A stretch of DNA of 63,139 nucleotides, filler included, from Reticulomyxa filosa (lineage: Eukaryota > Protista > Foraminifera): NCBI GenBank assembly GCA_000512085.1. It is 15 parts of 15 records of this genome, joined end to end, with 100 filler letters (N's around TTAATTAATTAA, not from the genome) between each part and the next. Parts side by side here need not be neighbours in the genome. Positions count along the whole stretch, not along the records: positions 50,953 to 52,668 come from ASPP01001694.1; positions 52,769 to 58,137 come from ASPP01042067.1; positions 58,238 to 63,139 come from ASPP01028383.1; 12 more parts are not named here. One strand, written 5' to 3'. This document shows, piece after piece, positions 50,953 to 63,139 of this stretch (positions are counted from its first letter, which is position 1; every line of letters begins with the position of its first letter). Position numbers and translations under genes: made by a program. The notes under the pieces were generated by a model. That model ran no database searches, was not told the DNA's origin, and was given only the letters and a program-made list of their open reading frames with translations.

Positions 50953-51681
50953 TTTGTCATTTTGATTATTTTGTTGCCGAAATATTAATTGACAACAATT
51001 AGATGAAAATTCCATAACAATAATAGCAAAATTTAGTTGTGGAAGCATTTTAGTCTGGTCATGTGTTGGAGCATTATGAACATGTTATGCTTGAAAGGTG
51101 GATTAAATACTGATATACATTTATATAAATTTTATCTGACGAAATGCTAAAGAACGTCAATTTCTGCATATATAAAGAAGATTAGATTTTCCAGCAAGAT
51201 AACGCAACATGCCATAAATTGGAAAAAATTATGAAATTGTTAAAACAAAAAAAAATAAAAACAATGAATTTTCCTCCAAATTCATCTGCTTTGAATCCAA
51301 TTAAAAATCTTTGGTATATAGTAAATACAATGATTCACAAAAAAGGACCATTTAATACTACGGAAGAACTTTGGAATCAATTCGAAACATAATGTAAAAA
51401 AATAGAAACAAACATTGTAAAACCTTAATAAAGTCGATGCCAAAGAAAATACAGACGTTAAAAAAGTCAAAAAAGATTTAATACGTTGGAAAACTTGAAT
51501 TAAATTTTAAAAAACTAATCTTATCACAGTCAGGCAACCACAAAAAATTTTTTAAAAAATTTGAAAGACTTAATAAATAACCAAAATGATATTTAAAAAC
51601 TACAAGATTCGTAGATATTTTTTTTAAAAATTTTGATTAAATATTGTTTTTTCATATAGAAACACAATCATCTATTAGCTG
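50953..51681 (+). mobile_element. Tc1-family transposon, decayed C-terminal DDE domain plus right TIR
   Basis: GSILVWSC, IFQQDNATCHK...FPPNSSALNPIKNLW (34 residues between D and the catalytic E position, here K), LIKSMPK; TIR ~51570-51681 is the reverse complement of ~29776-29890. Confidence 0.88.
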
Positions 51682-51999
51682 TCATTTGTATTGTCTATTT
51701 TCAAAATATTTTCAGAATCTTTTGGAACGTTTTCAAAATTGGCATAGCTAAGTGTAATCAAGACAAACGTTTTTGCTTTCTGTCAGCAATTTGTATACAT
51801 AATTTGTTTAAAGAAATTTAAATATACATATACTAAAATCTGAATCAAACTAATAATACTCTCCTTACGTTTTAATTGAGTGTTTAAATTGTTTTAATTG
51901 ATGTTTAAACGTACATTATCAATGTTTCTTAAAAGTAATTGACAATTGTAATTAAATATTAAAAAAATTAAATGCAGGGGACCTTTGAACAGCTTGATA

Positions 52000-52637
52000 A
52001 TGACCGAATCAAGCGAAAAAGGAAATGAAAAAGTTGAAAATGCAACTGAAGAGCCTCGTCCAGTGAAGCGAAGGCCTCCCCCTCCAAGTATGCCCGCGCC
52101 CCGTGCGCCGGTGCAGCATGTGGAGAAAGCACCAAGACGTGTGGGAAGAGTGGAGCCGAGCGCGCAGGACATTGAAAAAAGATATGAGAAGATGAATGAG
52201 TTGATGGACCCAAGCAAACTATCAAATAAAGAAAAGCAATGTATTTTGCAAATTGTGGTGTGTGTGTTGGCGAATCATTTGAAACGATATCATTACTACG
52301 AGACAGCGTGTAACGAGTATTTGCAAAGTGTGAAGGCTACCCAATGGAAAAGTGACCTTATGACTGAAGACGACAGAGATAAAGATAAGGACAATGACAA
52401 CGACAACAACAACGACAAGGATAAGGATGAGAGCAAAGAAGAAGATAATAAGAAAACATTGGCGACATCTGAGAATATAAAAACATCCAACACCATGTTA
52501 ACACCGACACGATCCAAAGTCTACCCTCAGGTGATATCGATTCCAAGAGAGATATTTGAAGACATTCCTTCGGAAGCAATGGAAAGAAAGGAAGCAAGAA
52601 GTGTCGAAGAGACCGAGGAAGCATTGTCATTGCCATT

Positions 52638-52668
<31 letters not shown>
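52000..52668 (+). CDS. Hypothetical protein, 3' truncated
   Basis: Open frame MTESSEKGNEKVEN...RRPPPPSMPAP... running to the contig end. Confidence 0.55.
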
Positions 52669-55600
52669 NNNNNNNNNNNNNNNNNNNNNNNNNNNNNNNN
52701 NNNNNNNNNNNNTTAATTAATTAANNNNNNNNNNNNNNNNNNNNNNNNNNNNNNNNNNNNNNNNNNNNTGTTTAGGATACGAATAACTCTTGGGGCTTTC
52801 ACCTAGAGGCCTTGGAAAGCAATACTAATAATAGCTCTCACTTCAATAATTCGAAACTAGCCAATAGATAAATTGCTTAGATAAAAACCAAGAGGATAAG
52901 AGAGTGACAAGACGAAGAAATAGCGTGACACCTTTTTTAAATAGCTAAATTTAAACGATGCTATGGATCGTTATGGTGTGTTTCTAACAACGTAAAGGAT
53001 GTGCAGCATGCAATTTTTTTTCACTGTCAATGGCTTTTTGTTTTTTTGAAAAGCATGAAAAACTGGAGCGTTGTTTTTTTTTGATTTTTTTTTGTTGCCT
53101 AAATAAGCGCCTTCTAATCGATATACCTTTGTTTAATGCCGTGACCAATCTTCTCATCCGTTGTGCAGCAACAGATTTCACATATAATACTGATTCCTAT
53201 CAATTAGTTGCGAAAAATGTTCCACATATTAACCCGTTTTTTCCCCCTAGGCAATTGTTTAGTTTTTTTCAAGTTTTTGTTATATAGTCAAAAATTTTAA
53301 AAGTTAATTGGTTATTTGAAATGGCAAAATATTGAGCAAATTTTTTAAGATTGGTTGTAACTATCTTAGGATCAAAGTTTCAACAAAGAACCCCGAGTGA
53401 ACCCTCCCAAACAAAGTAAACTCGAGCGGAACTACTGGCGTTCAAATAGTGTATCCTTCAATGAAGAGGAAAATGAATGGAATTGTGTTGTGATTTTCAA
53501 AAAAGTAATGTGATTTTTCCTTACCTTCACGACAAGAACAAAAAAGGTCTTTCCTTGTGAATTTTGTAAAACTGGTCAAAACTTCAAAAATTGATGAATG
53601 TTAATTATCAAATGAGCCAAAAAGACAATTGCAAAAGATAGCTTATAAGCGTAAAATGAAATAGCGCTTGTTATGTCACTAAAACATTTTTAGTGTCCCA
53701 TTTAAAAACGTTTTAAACTTCAATAACATCCAAATTTTTTGGGATGTTTTTGTCGGAAAATTTTTTGTAAGTTTATTTTTTAGCATTTGGCTCAAATAGA
53801 ACCAGAGAAATGAATGACATACAGTTTACAACGTAATGAGCTACTGGAGTACAAAAAATAACCCAAATAAGCAAGATTAAAAAACTGTGTTGTCCAATGC
53901 GTAATAAGGAATAAAGAGTAAGGAATTTGTTGGCAACTGACAAATTTAATACAATAATTGTCAATGGTTCTAAAATGTCTGTTTTTTATTTTGACAATTT
54001 TTGACGTTGTTTCGAACAAGAACTTTCCAAAGTTTTTGGCTAGTGTTATTAAAAACATTTCGAGAGGAATATCACATCAACAAAAATGAATGTCAAAAGA
54101 AGAGGAAGTCTCAACAAAAAGTCGTTACAATGAAAATATAGTGGTACTACACGTGCAAGGTGTCTGGAACGAGTAAGTACGTGACAACGAGCCGCAAAAG
54201 ACAGAGAATTGCAGTGTTCTCAATACTAAAGTCAAGACAAGCGATTGACAACGCAACGTCATGCCACTTTTCTGGTTGTGTGGTAATGGCGCCTCAATTC
54301 CGCTTGAATGAATATCTTCAAGTGACTGCGCAAAATCGCGTTCAAATGGTACTTTATCAAATTCCACAGTTGCAACGACAAAACCGGCACTTGCAAGTCA
54401 ACTTTTCTTTTCCTTCCCTCTTTTTATTGTATCTATTTTATGTATATATGGTTTGGTCCGCAATCTGTTCAGTACCAAAAGTCCAAGCACAGCAATTGAC
54501 TTTCTTCATATATGTATATATGTATATATCTACCCCTTTAACAAAAAAAAAAAGGACAAACCCGAGCGAATTTATCACCGACAAATCCTTTTTTCAAGAA
54601 AATGACCGACTACTTGACCTTGCACATTGTTCGTGTCACATTTTTTTTTTTCTTACACAATTTCAGAATTTTTTCTCCTTAACCTTTTGCTGTTGTTCTT
54701 TGGATGTGACCAATAAACAAATTGTGGGAGAACACAGCCATTCAAAAATCATCATGACATAACCGAGTTCACACTGAATTTCTCGATTGAAAAATAGTGC
54801 CACAGCATTTGCTGCTTTCTCATTAATTGTCAATTTCTTATTGCGGTTTGAATTTGCGATGTCAACGTAACATGGGTTCACTTTCGTTTTTTACATCAGT
54901 GTAATCTTATATACTTCCTCATGGTATTCTCTTTTTAATATAGCGCATCAAGTGATTTCAATGGACCTTGTTGTTACAAAAAACACATCCATGTTAGAAC
55001 GTGACTTTACATCGCTTTATGAAGCATTTGGAAAAAAAAAGCTTTTGTCATCAAGAAAAAATAGCGTGCTACAAAGAGGAACCATCTACATTTTCACACT
55101 TAGAATGCTTTCTTATACTCCTTTGTCACTTCTCTTTGATTTTTTGCTGCGATTGCAAACTTTAATAGATCTATTTCCAACAATGTTATAAATACATAAT
55201 ATACCTAGATTTAAGTAAAATTTGTCCTTCTGCTCCTTCTTTCTTTACATAAAGAAGATTTTCAAAAAAATTTATTTATAAAATAATAACTCTAGGAAAC
55301 GAGATAAATTATATCCTCCATGATCTTCTTCTCTTGCTTTTTTTTTTGTTTTACTTTTTGCTGTGGCTCAGGCTCAATCTTTTTTTTTTTTTTGCTTGTT
55401 AAGTTAAGAGAGAAAGCAGTACGATTGGAAGTGCAAAAAAAAGACCAAACAAATTCGAATATTTTTATACGTCCTTGATGTTTTTTGGGGAAGGGAGGGG
55501 AGGGGAGTAACCTTAAGAAACAACGACCATCGATGCCTAAATAGATTACATTCTCCTTGACTTTCTTTTCTTGGTTTTCGTGACAAAGTGCTTGGACTGC

Positions 55601-55747
55601 GTGTTGGCCTTTGCTGCAACACTCTCCTGCCCTTCTTCTCTTTTCTTTTGCTGTCAATTGCGCCCACGAAAGACCACATCTTCACGTTTGGACACTTTTG
55701 TGTGCTGACAAATTGTATTTGTGAAAATCTATGTTTTCATTTGTATT

Positions 55748-56760
55748 TCAACTTGTTTGGGGAAAAAAAAAAAAACCAAACTGTGCGGCTGTCTTCATGT
55801 TTTTTCTGTTCTTCTTCTTTTTCGTTTGCTTGGTGTTATCTTTTTCTTCTTCATGCCGAGGTGCCGATGGTGAGTATTGGTGTTGGAAATGAAGTAATTG
55901 CAATAGTTGAAATTGATATTGTTGTTTTTTGGAGTAATTTTTAATATTGCAGCTGTGGTAGTCAAAGATTGAGCTCATTTGGTCCGGAGTCCATTTCAAA
56001 TTATAAAAGAGACCTGCAACCACTGCGATCATGTCTGCAAAACTTTTCTGTTGTTGCGCAAACTCTTGGTCGAAATGCAAGTCAATTTGCATAATGATTC
56101 CAATCACATTATTGATGGGGATATACTGAAACTCATTTTGCCTGTTATAAGCGATGCACGTTGTCGGCATTATTTTGAGCCATGCACAATGACACGTAGA
56201 ATAAAATGGTGTCGACTCTTGTTTATGCTGCTGGTAGTGATTAACAAAAAAAAAAAAATAAAAAAAAATACACTAATTTGAAAAAATTCATATGTAGATG
56301 TGCGTAACTATTGAAATTCGAATTTTTCCAAACCGCAGCTGGTTTAGTGCTTTGGTCATCCAATGCAAAGCGTACTGTATTCTTTTGGTGGCTTCGATTC
56401 CAACTGGTATGGCAAATGTCATGCTTTTCATTGTGTCTTCTTTCACATTTATATTGACACTTGCACCCGTTGTCCGTTGCAAATGTATAAGCTCGACAAC
56501 AACCAAAAGTGGCGAATGAAAGTGGATATTATGGCATTCTGAACATAAGTGATTACATCGTAGAAATTTTTCTGTTTAGCATTTTTTTTTTTGGAAAAAA
56601 AAGAGAGTGAAAAGGAGTCAATTACGATCCTTTTTTGAACATTTTTTCCTTGTGGCGTACCGGTGCGTACACCCCACTTCCAGCGGGCAGTTTCCAAATT
56701 TTCGTCGTTATTTGCAGATTCATTCTCTAAGACAGAATTATTAGTGTTAAAAGGCATTGA
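55748..56760 (-). pseudogene. Fragmented coding-like sequence of unknown family
   Basis: Several short protein-like minus ORFs (56449-56799, 56288-56506, 55748-56170) with no recognisable domain. Confidence 0.3.
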
Positions 56761-57402
56761 GCTTTTCTTTTTTTGTTTTTTTTCTTTGGAGTTTATCATT
56801 CACTTCCCCTTTCACAAGATCGAGAGACAACAGGATTTTTTTTAGGTCACCTGTGCGTTCAAAAAAATTGCGAGCAAACAAAAAAACCAAACTTTGACAC
56901 TGTACTTTAAAGCCTGCTCACTTTTCAACCCATCATTGTTTTGTTTAAGACATGAGAGGGATAGGAAGTTTTGTTGTTTTGTGGGACGACAACATTGGAT
57001 CTTAAAATTTTAGCTTCCTGCTTTTCTCCATGTTTTTCTCTTTGGTGGATGCGAAAATGCGTTTTGAAATGACACAAGAGATCAAAGCTATTATCAATTA
57101 TTGAGCTCGATTTTTGTTTATGGATAGTCTTAATATTATAATTTTACAATTGCTTTGGAATTTATTTTTGTTTATTTGTACTTTTTGCTTGAAATAATAT
57201 ACTTCAAAATAGATAAATATTTTTTGAAGTATTCGTGCAGTATTCACGAGATGATCAAACAATTATATCGCTGTGAAAGGGTATGTGAATATTTATTGTG
57301 TTATCCTCTTACAATGGAATAATTCAGCTGTGGAATACAAAGCAATTTTTGGAATTAATTATTACTTAAAAAAAAAATGAAAATATTATCTTACAAAGGT
57401 TT

Positions 57403-58137
57403 TTATCCGAACAACCGAATTGGTCCATTAGTTGATCCATAGCATAAATTGTACGTATTATGCTTATTTTTATCATTTGCATTACTTTCCAAAGACACAA
57501 ATTGAAAACAAGATATGCCAGAATCTTCTTTCTTTCCTTCTATCTGGTGTAATTGTTTGTTGGTTCTTATATCCCAAAATTGAATTGTATTGTCACTTGA
57601 TCCAGAGCATATGATGCCAATAACACCAGTATCTTTGTGATTATTTTCACATGGTAAATATTTGACACAATTTACATTGGCTGTATGTCCTTTGAAAATA
57701 GTAATTTCTTTATCAGACCGAATATCCCATAAACGGACAGTTTTATCTGCTGATCCAGAGCATATCATATTTCCTCCTCCATTAATTTGTATTGAAAATG
57801 GTAAATAATGAACACTTCGTACCCAATCACTATGTCCTCTGAAAATAGCTAATTCTTTGGTTGTTTCGATATCCCATAAACGAATAGTTTTATCTGCTGA
57901 TCCAGAGCAAATTGTGTATCCAGAACCATCAATAATATCAATTTTGGATTTATCATTATTATTAATTTTGCCATTACTTTGAGGTGAAAATTCAACACAT
58001 CTGACAATATTTGTATGTCCATTGAAAACGTGTAATGATTTAGATGTTTCAACATCCCATAAACGAATGGTACAATCCCATGATCCAGAACATAAATATC
58101 GTCCTCCAGCAAATGATGAAAAATCAATACCTTCAAC
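57403..58137 (-). CDS. WD40 repeat protein, 5' partial
   Basis: Uninterrupted 245-codon frame: YLCSGSWDCTIRLWDVET, NGHTNIVRCVEFSP, ICSGSADKTIRLWDIET, ...GPIRLFG*. Confidence 0.92.
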   Translation of the reverse strand, partial: VEGIDFSSFAGGRYLCSGSWDCTIRLWDVETSKSLHVFNGHTNIVRCVEFSPQSNGKINNNDKSKIDIIDGSGYTICSGSADKTIRLWDIETTKELAIFRGHSDWVRSVHYLPFSIQINGGGNMICSGSADKTVRLWDIRSDKEITIFKGHTANVNCVKYLPCENNHKDTGVIGIICSGSSDNTIQFWDIRTNKQLHQIEGKKEDSGISCFQFVSLESNANDKNKHNTYNLCYGSTNGPIRLFG

Positions 58138-58265
58138 NNNNNNNNNNNNNNNNNNNNNNNNNNNNNNNNNNNNNNNNNNNNTTAATTAATTAANNNNNNN
58201 NNNNNNNNNNNNNNNNNNNNNNNNNNNNNNNNNNNNNAAAATACAATACATATAAACACATAGCA

Positions 58266-58778
58266 TTGGAACATTTACTGAGACAAATAGTAGATGAAGA
58301 CGAAGAATTATTTCACAAAGAAGCAAATTATTCGTCATATCCTATGACATGTGGTAACGCAGCATATAATATAAAGAAATCAAGGATACAACACAAATTA
58401 ATTAATATAAAATTTGTCGATAATAAATTTTGGAGTGCTTATGATGAATGTAAGGACGATAAAATTACAGGTAATAATTTACAAAAATTAAGTTCAAATT
58501 GGAGATTCGTCGTTAGTGACATTGAGAAAGAAGCAAAGAATATGGATATAATGAGATCGGTGCAATACATTTTAGAAGCTATTACTGAGAGTAATATACA
58601 AATTGAATATCAATCGACTATATCTTTATCAAAAAGTGATAAAGAAGTAGATGATAAATCTACAGTATTCCCCGATTTGATGTGGGCATCTGATAATAAA
58701 ATGCACGGTAAATCAGAACTAGAAAATCCATTTATTGTCATAGATTACAAAATAACTGGAAAACTTGAAAAAAAATAG
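58266..58778 (+). CDS. Hypothetical protein exon, partial
   Basis: 170-codon open frame following an AG near the contig start; no motif recognised. Confidence 0.4.
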   Translation: MEHLLRQIVDEDEELFHKEANYSSYPMTCGNAAYNIKKSRIQHKLINIKFVDNKFWSAYDECKDDKITGNNLQKLSSNWRFVVSDIEKEAKNMDIMRSVQYILEAITESNIQIEYQSTISLSKSDKEVDDKSTVFPDLMWASDNKMHGKSELENPFIVIDYKITGKLEKK

Positions 58779-59512
58779 GAGCAGTCTGATGACTGTAGTA
58801 GTTATGAAATTACATTTATTTATTGAATATTCAAAAATATTTATTTTGAAAAAATATTTTGTGTGTATATTTTTTATTTTCATAACATGAAATCACATTA
58901 TAAAAATAAAAGCACTTGCACGATATTTCGCAAGCAAAGTTTAAATTTTTTTCACTCACGAAGGACAGTAGTATTACAAATCGTCTTGAACTCTTTTCCA
59001 CTGTAACAAATACAAAGACATTATTAGTGATTTGTTAAAGACAACTGAATGACCTGTCTGAACAACTATATAAAAAGATTTTAGATACAAAATTCATTCA
59101 GGCAAAATCAAAAGTTCACTTAAAAACAAAACAAAAAAAAGATAGATATATTTGAAGTCCTTTTGTCAAGCCTGGCTTTTCTTGTGATAGTCAAGCTATA
59201 AATGCAGTAAACAAAGTGATTATTTTTACATAAGTATGATTTGATGTAACAATGTTCAAAAACATTTTTACTTCTTCTCTTTGCCTCTTGCTGTACATCT
59301 TGATTTAATATATTGCAAGACATGTCATAAAGTGGAACCTAAGACATTTTATTGTAATTACAGAAAAAAATGATTTTACTTTAAAGTAATGCGAACTATA
59401 ACATCAAATAGAATAATTTTTGAACGATAAAATATGAAAATTTGAAAATTTATTAATTGTTTATTTTTTGTTTTTTTTAAATAAACAAAAAAACAATGTG
59501 TTGATAGTTTGT

Positions 59513-60859
59513 TTATTTGGTATTTTTGCGTTTCTTGGTGATTTCGGTGTACCAAATACCAAGGACGTAACACATGCGAATGATGGTGAGTTCACGGAAC
59601 ATAGTGAAAGTAGCTTTGATGACGCTCAATTTGCTCCCAGGGACTTCTTTCCATTGAATGGGGATTTCGACAATAGGAATGTGTTGCAATTGTGCCAGCA
59701 TGAGTAACTCTGGGTCGAAGCACCACCGTCGTATTCGCTGATGTAAGAAAGTTTGTCTCACTGCTGCCCTAGTAAACAGTTTGAAGCCACATTGAGTATC
59801 AAGAATGTTATGTACATTTCCAACATATTTCACACACGCGTGAAATCCCCACATGGCTAAATTGCGAAGCAATGCGCGCTCCGCTTCCGCTTTTTGTTGT
59901 AAGTCTTTGCGAGATCCTTTATCAATCCATTACATTTATTCATTTTAGTCAACCAATCAAAAACACAAGTACCAATCGTATTACACTTTTTTTTGTTTTC
60001 CCCATGTATGACGTGTTTTCATTAAACAACGTACCAATAGCAATTCCAGGAACATCCCACCAATCCCAGTAATTCTCAAACTTTCTTTTGCCAGATTTGT
60101 TTTGTTTTTGTTGTTGTGATTGTTGCTTCATCAGCACATCAAATAGTTTGTTTTCCAATTGGTTCAAACACGTCACCTCGGATGCGCCATCCGCGTCAGC
60201 GAACACAATAAAGCACCCTCGAGCGTGCAACATGCCCTTACAAAAAAAAAAAAAAACAAAAATAAAAAAAGAAATGTAGGACCTTCGTGTATTAACTTGA
60301 TTCAAATTTCTCTTTTTTTTTTTTTTTTTGTTAGTCCCTTTTTTTGGTGTTGTCAGTTGAAACAATAAAAGTCATACAAGAAAAAATAAACTTGTTGGAC
60401 AGCAAATCCTTTTCCTTGATTCTTTTGGTAAGTCAACAGTCTTACGCAATCGCTGCCATATTTTTCCATATATTTCTCAACAATTTGTGGCGTTTCGTCA
60501 GACGAGCCATCATTGGCCACAATAATTTCCCAATCAAATGACACGTCATTCTTGGCACTTAACATTTGACGATTTTCAAAATATTTTATTGTTGGGTCTA
60601 ACGATAAGTGCAGACGCTTTGCTTCGTCAAATGCTGGTATCACAAAGGAAATACATTTTGTTGGTTGGTCCCATATCGTACCAAACTTCTTCTCTGTCTT
60701 CGTGTTTGTGCACTTGTAAGAATACTCTTTCACTGCCACTTTGTCTTCTAATGCTTCCCACAATGGCCGCAAATACCAACGAAGAAACTGACGAAGGCAA
60801 AGGAGAAAAACCAAAATCCACAATATATGGCCATATCGCGAATACAAATTCGTCAACAT
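59513..60859 (-). CDS. ALG5: Dolichyl-phosphate beta-glucosyltransferase (GT2), 3 exons
   Basis: N-terminal TM, SFVIPAFDEAKRL, EIIVANDGSSD, NQGKGFAV, FADADGA, AI|GSR, DTQCGFKLFTR, RWCFDPELL, WKEVPGSKL. Confidence 0.92.
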
Positions 60860-61251
60860 TTTTTTTTTAAATCTATTTCAACTTTTAACACCACAAAGCA
60901 AAAAAGTTTTGTTTTTCTAAACACCTCATTGTCAACATCTTAGCATTTGTTTTGCTATAACTCGTATGGGAGAGGAATTTTGTGTTTTCACAAAGAGTTT
61001 TTAGATGTTTCCACGAAAAGTAGTACTATTGATAATACTTTATCATCGGGACAAATCTGAAAGTGTGTTTGAGATAAATATAAAATACTAACAACTTGGA
61101 AGCAGATCAAAAGTGTAAAAGCTGTATCTTTGGCATATTTGCCAAAGACCTTTTTTTTCTCACGTGAGTTTGTTCTTTTTTTTTTTAAGCCTTTCAATAG
61201 ATTTGAATAATTAGATTTTAGTTTTAATTTCTCGTTATTGAACATTAAGCT

Positions 61252-61566
61252 ATGAACGTTATCCAAATCGGTTGGTTCCTTGCGATTTTTTGCTTATGTT
61301 TGGGCTCGTGTGACTTGATTGAACTGAATCTTTTTGCCATAAACTCAACCGGCTTGGCCAGCTCGACCAGCATCGACAATGCCAGCACGACCAGCGTCGA
61401 TAATGATAAAGGTCCTTTTCATTGGTTCTCCAAAACTGTAGCAGCGGCAATTATCGGCGGTGCAATAGTAACAACTCTCTGCCTTTGCCTTTGTTGCTGT
61501 TGGCGTCGTTGCAAAAGAAAGCACAGCAAACACAGAGGAAACAACGATTACTATGAAAGTGTTTAA
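61252..61566 (+). CDS. Small single-pass membrane protein (signal peptide, short S/T-rich ectodomain, TM, Cys cluster, YESV tail)
   Basis: 104-aa ORF: MNVIQIGWFLAIFCLCLGS; NST/NAS sequons; AAAIIGGAIVTTLCLCLCCCWRRCKRK; NNDYYESV*. Confidence 0.7.
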   Translation: MNVIQIGWFLAIFCLCLGSCDLIELNLFAINSTGLASSTSIDNASTTSVDNDKGPFHWFSKTVAAAIIGGAIVTTLCLCLCCCWRRCKRKHSKHRGNNDYYESV

Positions 61567-62188
61567 GGAAGATAATTTTGCCATCTTATTATTGTTTGTT
61601 TTTTGTTTTTTGTGATGTCTTGAGTTGTTGACGGGGCATCTTTTCGCAAATACACAACACTAAGGTCAAATATAAGTATTGATTTTTTGGTATGTTTGTA
61701 CTTGAAAAAAATAAAGATTTCTTTTTTTTTTGTTGTTTTTTTTTTTTTTGGCCGATGAGGCTGTATTTGCTGGGCTTATGAAAGGCAAACGAAGTGAGTC
61801 ATTAAACTTGAAGGAACAATTGAGATTTTAATTAATTTTTTGGTATATCTAAAAAGATATTCAGTCTGACACTGAGCAAAAGCTGCGTTTAAAAAAAAAA
61901 CTTGCTTACGACAATTTTTTTTAATAACTTGCATAAGGCGCTAAGAAGAGGGAAAAAAAAGCTACTCTGAAAAGAAAAGGTTGGTTGCTCTGAAAAAGAT
62001 TTGAACGAAGTTTTAATAAGTCTGTCAAAAATTCTTTGTTTTTAAAGCAACGTACAACTAAAAAGAAGATACAACACAAAAAAAAAAAAGAATACGACCA
62101 CCGAAATTCGGTTCGAGCTTTTGATAAAATGTGTTTTTGTTAAAATAAGATTTATATATTCTAGCCAGCTTTTTTTTTTTTTTTAAAA

Positions 62189-63103
62189 TCAAGTCGGACG
62201 TTTGTGTTGCAAAGTGTGAGGAACAACCCTATTGTCAAAGGCGAAAACAACCATGTAAGTTCCAATGGGAAGCAACATTGACAGGATTAATAATTTTGGA
62301 GTCCACCAATCTTCCCAATCAAACGCACTCCGACTGACCATCGCCTTATTGCGACTGTGATATTCCTGCAGTTTAGTGTTAATTGGCCAATCATTTTTTT
62401 GTTTGTTAAAAGCAAAGAAGAACATACACACACAAAAATGCTTAACATAAAATGACCGAATCAATAAAATCAAGGCAGCAAGGATCATAAAGATTCCACT
62501 GATCGGTTCAATCTCCAAAGTCACCAAGGCCATTCCAATCACAGCAATCAAAGCACCCAAGCGCGTCCACTTTAGGAATGTGCGTTCATTGGCCAAATAA
62601 GACCGTGGTTCCACTGACATTGGAATAACTTCCTAGGCGTTTTTTTGTTTTTTTTTTAAATGTTTTTATTTTTTAAAAAGATACGAATTACAATGCATAC
62701 AACACGCATACACAAAAAAAAAAATTAATATACATGTAAATATGTTCGTAAAAATATAAACGTATAAAGGACAACAACAAAACGGTAAATTAGCAGCGAT
62801 TACAGCGTCCAGTTGTTGAACAGCAACAGCGACATGTTGTAAATTCATGCCCTTTTCGCAGAGCAGTTTGGAATCAACAGTCCCAAAAGGGATGACACGG
62901 GTGGTCAGCAAAGCGGCACACTGTTCGATATACGACGTGTGCGTCTTGTCCTTTGCGAATTCGTACAGCTTAATTTGTGGCCAAAATGACATCTTCAAGC
63001 GACAAGAGCATTGCTTGTCAAACTTTTTGATTATCTTGCGAAATCCTTCTCCATTCTGCCATCCGAACAACTTCAAAACAATGCATTCAAATTTGAACCA
63101 CAA
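62189..63103 (-). CDS. VTC (vacuolar transporter chaperone) family subunit: SPX + DUF202 TM domain, 5' partial
   Basis: SPX motif NGEGFRKIIKKFDK; DUF202 motif VEPRSYLANERTFLKW followed by 3 TM segments; introns 62633-62803 and ~62368-62446. Confidence 0.85.
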
Positions 63104-63139
63104 AAAAAGGATTGTTTGGATAAAAAAAAAAAAAAAAAA

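Overview
AT-rich, intron-containing eukaryotic DNA read in the standard genetic code. It is not a contiguous locus: 15 contig pieces are joined by 14 identical 100-bp artificial linkers (N44-TTAATTAATTAA-N44). The gene repertoire (WD40, Kelch, TPR and RING/TRAF-like families, many pseudogenes) resembles the foraminiferan Reticulomyxa filosa; this is an inference. Recognisable genes: alpha-kinase, Kelch protein, PH-formin, mitochondrial ornithine carbamoyltransferase, RRP7-like, three WD40 genes, AGC (Akt/SGK-like) kinase, a mucin-like surface protein, coiled-coil FKBP, ALG5 and an SPX-DUF202 VTC subunit. Mobile DNA: two copies of a ~200-bp TG...CA solo-LTR-like element with 4-bp target-site duplications (TSDs), two complementary halves of a decayed Tc1 (DD34E) transposon with matching terminal inverted repeats (TIRs), and a 1.8-kb segment bounded by ~160-bp inverted repeats. 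Best leads: (1) a ~33-aa HWxR...GWIxxF module on its own phase-0 exon, attached to both a Kelch and a WD40 propeller, a candidate F-box/SOCS-like adaptor; (2) a formin with CCDC53-like repeats in place of FH1; (3) an SPX-DUF202 protein with no polyphosphate polymerase domain; (4) a spliced CaaX tail on the alpha-kinase; (5) introns with A-rich rather than pyrimidine-rich acceptors. All exon models were read by eye and are unverified.
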